This document shows, piece by piece, positions 60,820 to 64,000 of a DNA stretch of 64,000 nt (positions are counted from its first letter, which is position 1; each line of letters starts with the position of its first letter). The notes under the pieces were generated by a model. The model searched no databases. It was not told the origin of the DNA and saw only the letters and a list, made by a program, of their open reading frames with translations. The stretch is taken from the NCBI GenBank assembly GCA_963677745.1, contig OY782391.1:576001-640000 (forward strand), written 5' to 3'. The position numbers were made by a program, and so were the translations under genes. Origin of the DNA: Candidatus Altimarinota bacterium. GTDB lineage: Bacteria > Patescibacteriota > Gracilibacteria > UBA1369.

Positions 60820-62256
60820 ATGAAGAACCTCTTCACCAGGCTTAGTCTCACTGTGATGGCTATTTCCATTTTAATAGCACCGGCCACCACTTCCGCCGTT
60901 CAAATTTTTAGCGACGTCAATGAAAACACTACCTATGCCAGCTCCATCGACTGGGCCTATGAAAAAGGCATCATCAGAGGGTACGGTGATGGAAATTTTG
61001 GACCGGACAACTGCGTCCGCCGCGCCGAACTGGTCAAAATGATTGTGGAATACAAATATCCGGGCCAGGCCCAGTTAAACGCCACCACAGGCGAACCAAA
61101 TTTTAACGACGTTTTGAATACCGACTGGCACTATCTTTATATTAAACTGGCAAAAAACAAAGGAATTATAAGCGGATACAGCGATGGCACTTTCCGTCCG
61201 GGAAATTGCGTAAATCGAGCTGAAACCATGAAAATAGCCGTCGAAACATTGTTCCCCGACCAGCAGCTCGTTCATAACAACAGCCCGTTATACCTGGATA
61301 ACAAAACGGTTAGCGACATCCCCACCATCGGCTGGTATGTCCCTTATGCCAGATTCGTTATAGGAAACAGATTGATGGGCACCGCCCACACCGTACCAAC
61401 AGCGATAACCCCTTCAGGTGATTTTGACAGCATCCAATTTTTTCCTGGAAATGATATGACCAGAAAAGAAGTGGCTCATATGCTTTTGCTGATGAGCGGC
61501 TACACCAGCACAACGACCGGTGGCACATCCGGCACCACCGGAGGCAACACCGGTACAACTACCGGAGGCGGAACCACAGGGACAACTACCGGCACACTGG
61601 GAACGCCGAACCTTTTGACACCGGCTAACAACAGCGTTATCCACATCACTCCAAACCAGACCATGGGATTCACCTGGTCTGCTGCAGACAATGCCTCTTA
61701 TTATGAACTGATGATCCGCTTGGCCGGCTCGACCAATTATTTTCTTGTCCAGCGTGCGGATGCCACCTCTGCAATCTACCAATTCAACATAGTAAACGGC
61801 TCCGAAAACTATATGTGGAAAGTCAGGGCTTATGCCGATGATGGACAAATCAGAGAATCATCCGAAAACCTCTTACAATTCACGCCACCTCCTTCCGTCA
61901 CGCTTTCCGGACCCGTCAATGAATCAGAGATCCCTCACGGACTGACTATTCCTTTTCAGTGGAGCAATTCCAACCTTACACCCGGAGGAGAATTCAATGT
62001 CATGATGAGCTGCGCCAATAACAGCTATCCCACCAGCGACAGATGGCTGGAACGGACCATTACCAACGACACAGCCACTTCTTATAACTGGAACACTGCC
62101 ACTGATTTCAACCCGTCCAATACCATCGGTTATGGATTCAATTTTGACTCCAGCCTCTACTGTCACTGGCAGGTTTTTTATTTAATCCCGAACAGCACTA
62201 CTCCCACCGTCAGATCAGAAACCCGCAACCTGATCATTAAAATTGACACTTTATAG
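60820..62256 (+). CDS. S-layer homology domain protein with Thr/Gly linker and Ig/FN3-like domains
   Basis: Signal peptide; GYGDGNFGPDNCVRRAE, GYSDGTFRPGNCVNRAE, MTRKEVA. Confidence 0.9.
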   Translation: MKNLFTRLSLTVMAISILIAPATTSAVQIFSDVNENTTYASSIDWAYEKGIIRGYGDGNFGPDNCVRRAELVKMIVEYKYPGQAQLNATTGEPNFNDVLNTDWHYLYIKLAKNKGIISGYSDGTFRPGNCVNRAETMKIAVETLFPDQQLVHNNSPLYLDNKTVSDIPTIGWYVPYARFVIGNRLMGTAHTVPTAITPSGDFDSIQFFPGNDMTRKEVAHMLLLMSGYTSTTTGGTSGTTGGNTGTTTGGGTTGTTTGTLGTPNLLTPANNSVIHITPNQTMGFTWSAADNASYYELMIRLAGSTNYFLVQRADATSAIYQFNIVNGSENYMWKVRAYADDGQIRESSENLLQFTPPPSVTLSGPVNESEIPHGLTIPFQWSNSNLTPGGEFNVMMSCANNSYPTSDRWLERTITNDTATSYNWNTATDFNPSNTIGYGFNFDSSLYCHWQVFYLIPNSTTPTVRSETRNLIIKIDTL

Positions 62257-62395
62257 CTCTACGGCCGCCTCCCCCACCCGCGCCGAGCTAAATTTGCCAA
62301 AACAGCCAGTGCAGTTTATTCTGAACTGGCTTTAATTATGCCCGGCAATAGACGCTCGGGAAAATCATAAAAAACTTAGTCTTAGCAATAGAAAT

Positions 62396-63694
62396 ATGGA
62401 CAGAACATTAATCAAAAACTTCCGGGATCACGTCGGCAAAGAAGTAACGATGGCCGGCTGGATGTATAACAAACGCGGCAGCGGAAAAATTTATTTTTTG
62501 CAACTACGGGACGGCACAGGAATGACCCAGGGGGTAATGGAGGCTGACAAGGTTTCTCCGGAAACCCTGGAAATAGCCGAAAAACTAACCATGGAATCAT
62601 CGGTAATGGTAACCGGGATGGTCACAGCTCACCCCAAACATGCCGATCAGTTTGAACTGCAGGTTTCCAAACTGGAAATCGTACAAATTGCCGCGCACGA
62701 TTATCCCATTTCCAAAAAAGATCACGGACCGGACTTTCTGTTGGACAACCGCCATCTCTGGCTCCGCTCTCCCCGCCAGTGGGCAATTCAGCGCGTTCGC
62801 GACGCCATTGTCCGGGCCACCGTTGAATACTTTCATCAGAATAATTTCATCAAATTCGATTCACCCATCCTTACTCCCAATGCCTGTGAAGGAACTACCG
62901 AACTGTTTGAAATTGAATACTTCGAACTGGGCAAAGCCTACCTTTCCCAATCCGGCCAGTTATATCTTGAGGCTGGCATCATGTCGCTGGGCCGCGCCTA
63001 TGACTTCGGTCCGGTTTTTCGCGCCGAAAAATCCAAAACCCGCCGCCATCTGACCGAATTCTGGATGATGGATGCCGAAGCTGCTTTTGTCGAACATCAG
63101 GAAAACATGAATATCCAGGAAGAACTGGTGCGCTACATTCTGACCAAAGTCTTGAGCGAACACCGCCAGGAGCTGACCATTCTGGAAAGAAACATCGAGG
63201 CTTTGGAAAAAGCCAATCAACCCTTTATCCGCAAAACCCACGCCGAAGTAATCGCAGAGCTCCGCTCCATGGGTTCCGACATCAATGAAATGCATGACCT
63301 GGGTGCCGACGACGAAACCATGCTTACCAAAAAATACGACCAGCCGATTTTTGTGGAAAAATACCCGGCTGCCGTCAAAGCCTTCTACATGAAACGTGAT
63401 CCCTCCGACCAGTCCCGCGCACTGTGCTCGGATCTGCTGGCCCCCGAAGGATACGGTGAAGTGATCGGTGGCAGCCAACGTGAGGATGATTACGACCAGC
63501 TGCTGGAACGCATCAAAGAACATGCCTTACCAGTCGAAGCTTTCCAATGGTATCTTGACCTGCGTAAATATGGTTCGGTTCCCCATTCCGGCTTCGGTTA
63601 CGGTCTGGAAAGACTGGTCACCTGGATCTGCGGCATTGAACATGTCCGTGAAGCGATACCCTTTTCCCGCAACCCCTACCGTCTGACGCCCTAA
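62396..63694 (+). CDS. asnS: Asparagine--tRNA ligase
   Basis: FLQLRDG, LSQSGQLY, FRAEKSKTRRHLTEFWM, PHSGFGYGLER. Confidence 0.97.
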   Translation: MDRTLIKNFRDHVGKEVTMAGWMYNKRGSGKIYFLQLRDGTGMTQGVMEADKVSPETLEIAEKLTMESSVMVTGMVTAHPKHADQFELQVSKLEIVQIAAHDYPISKKDHGPDFLLDNRHLWLRSPRQWAIQRVRDAIVRATVEYFHQNNFIKFDSPILTPNACEGTTELFEIEYFELGKAYLSQSGQLYLEAGIMSLGRAYDFGPVFRAEKSKTRRHLTEFWMMDAEAAFVEHQENMNIQEELVRYILTKVLSEHRQELTILERNIEALEKANQPFIRKTHAEVIAELRSMGSDINEMHDLGADDETMLTKKYDQPIFVEKYPAAVKAFYMKRDPSDQSRALCSDLLAPEGYGEVIGGSQREDDYDQLLERIKEHALPVEAFQWYLDLRKYGSVPHSGFGYGLERLVTWICGIEHVREAIPFSRNPYRLTP

Positions 63695-63723
63695 GCAGCG
63701 CGACCCCTTAACCGCCGCTCCCC

Positions 63724-64000
63724 ATGCCCGCCAAACCTGTCACAGATTCACAACTTGCCCACAACCGTTACGCCTTTCACCAGTACGAAGTCCTGGAAAA
63801 AATCGAGGCAGGGATAGTTTTGACGGGAGCCGAAGTAAAATCTGTCCGCAACCATGACATCAGCATCAAACCTGCCTATGCCAGCATCGAGGGCAACCAG
63901 GTCATCCTGAAAAATTGCCACATTGCTCCCTACAAACTGGCCAACGACCCTCTTTATAATCCGGAGAGATACCGTCAACTATTGCTGAATCATAAGCAAA
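63724..64000 (+). CDS. smpB: SsrA-binding protein (runs off the window end)
   Basis: Manual translation: NRYAFHQYEVLEKIEAGIVLTGAEVKSVR...HIAPY. Confidence 0.93.
   Translation, partial: MPAKPVTDSQLAHNRYAFHQYEVLEKIEAGIVLTGAEVKSVRNHDISIKPAYASIEGNQVILKNCHIAPYKLANDPLYNPERYRQLLLNHKQ

Noticed and set aside
61500-61600. Thr/Gly repeats
   Set aside because: Ordinary low-complexity linker in the SLH protein
1-64000. UGA recoding (code 25), CRISPR array, DGR/retron, IS elements
   Set aside because: Conserved genes such as nrdA and lgt end properly at TGA; no spaced repeats, reverse transcriptase or transposase motifs seen by eye

Overview
Chromosomal window from a small-genome bacterium that looks like CPR/Patescibacteria, probably Peregrinibacteria-like. 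This is an inference from the SLH proteins, AT-rich leaders without Shine-Dalgarno (SD) sites and many orphans. TGA is used as a stop, so this is standard code 11, which argues against Gracilibacteria. Housekeeping content: class Ia RNR (nrdB-nrdA with tandem NrdR-like boxes), ldh, polX, cysS, asnS, smpB (partial), rpmB, corA, lgt, mscL, Fe-SOD, a UvrD-nuclease fusion, two tRNA-Ser genes, and a probable 6S RNA. No CRISPR array, IS element, integrase or prophage was seen. The most interesting regions are: (1) a divergent 51.7-58.6 kb locus where large signal-less helical proteins alternate with four apparently related ~85-115 aa helical proteins (candidate effector/chaperone array); (2) GC-rich orphan transcription units with strong SD sites, unlike the core genes; (3) a tandem pseudo-heterodimeric class III nucleotidyl cyclase next to a 2TM-PH protein; (4) a giant lipoprotein with its own divergent Lgt paralog; (5) a GalT/HIT-SMR-nucleotidase-MazG operon. 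All family calls come from motif recognition by eye; no searches were run.
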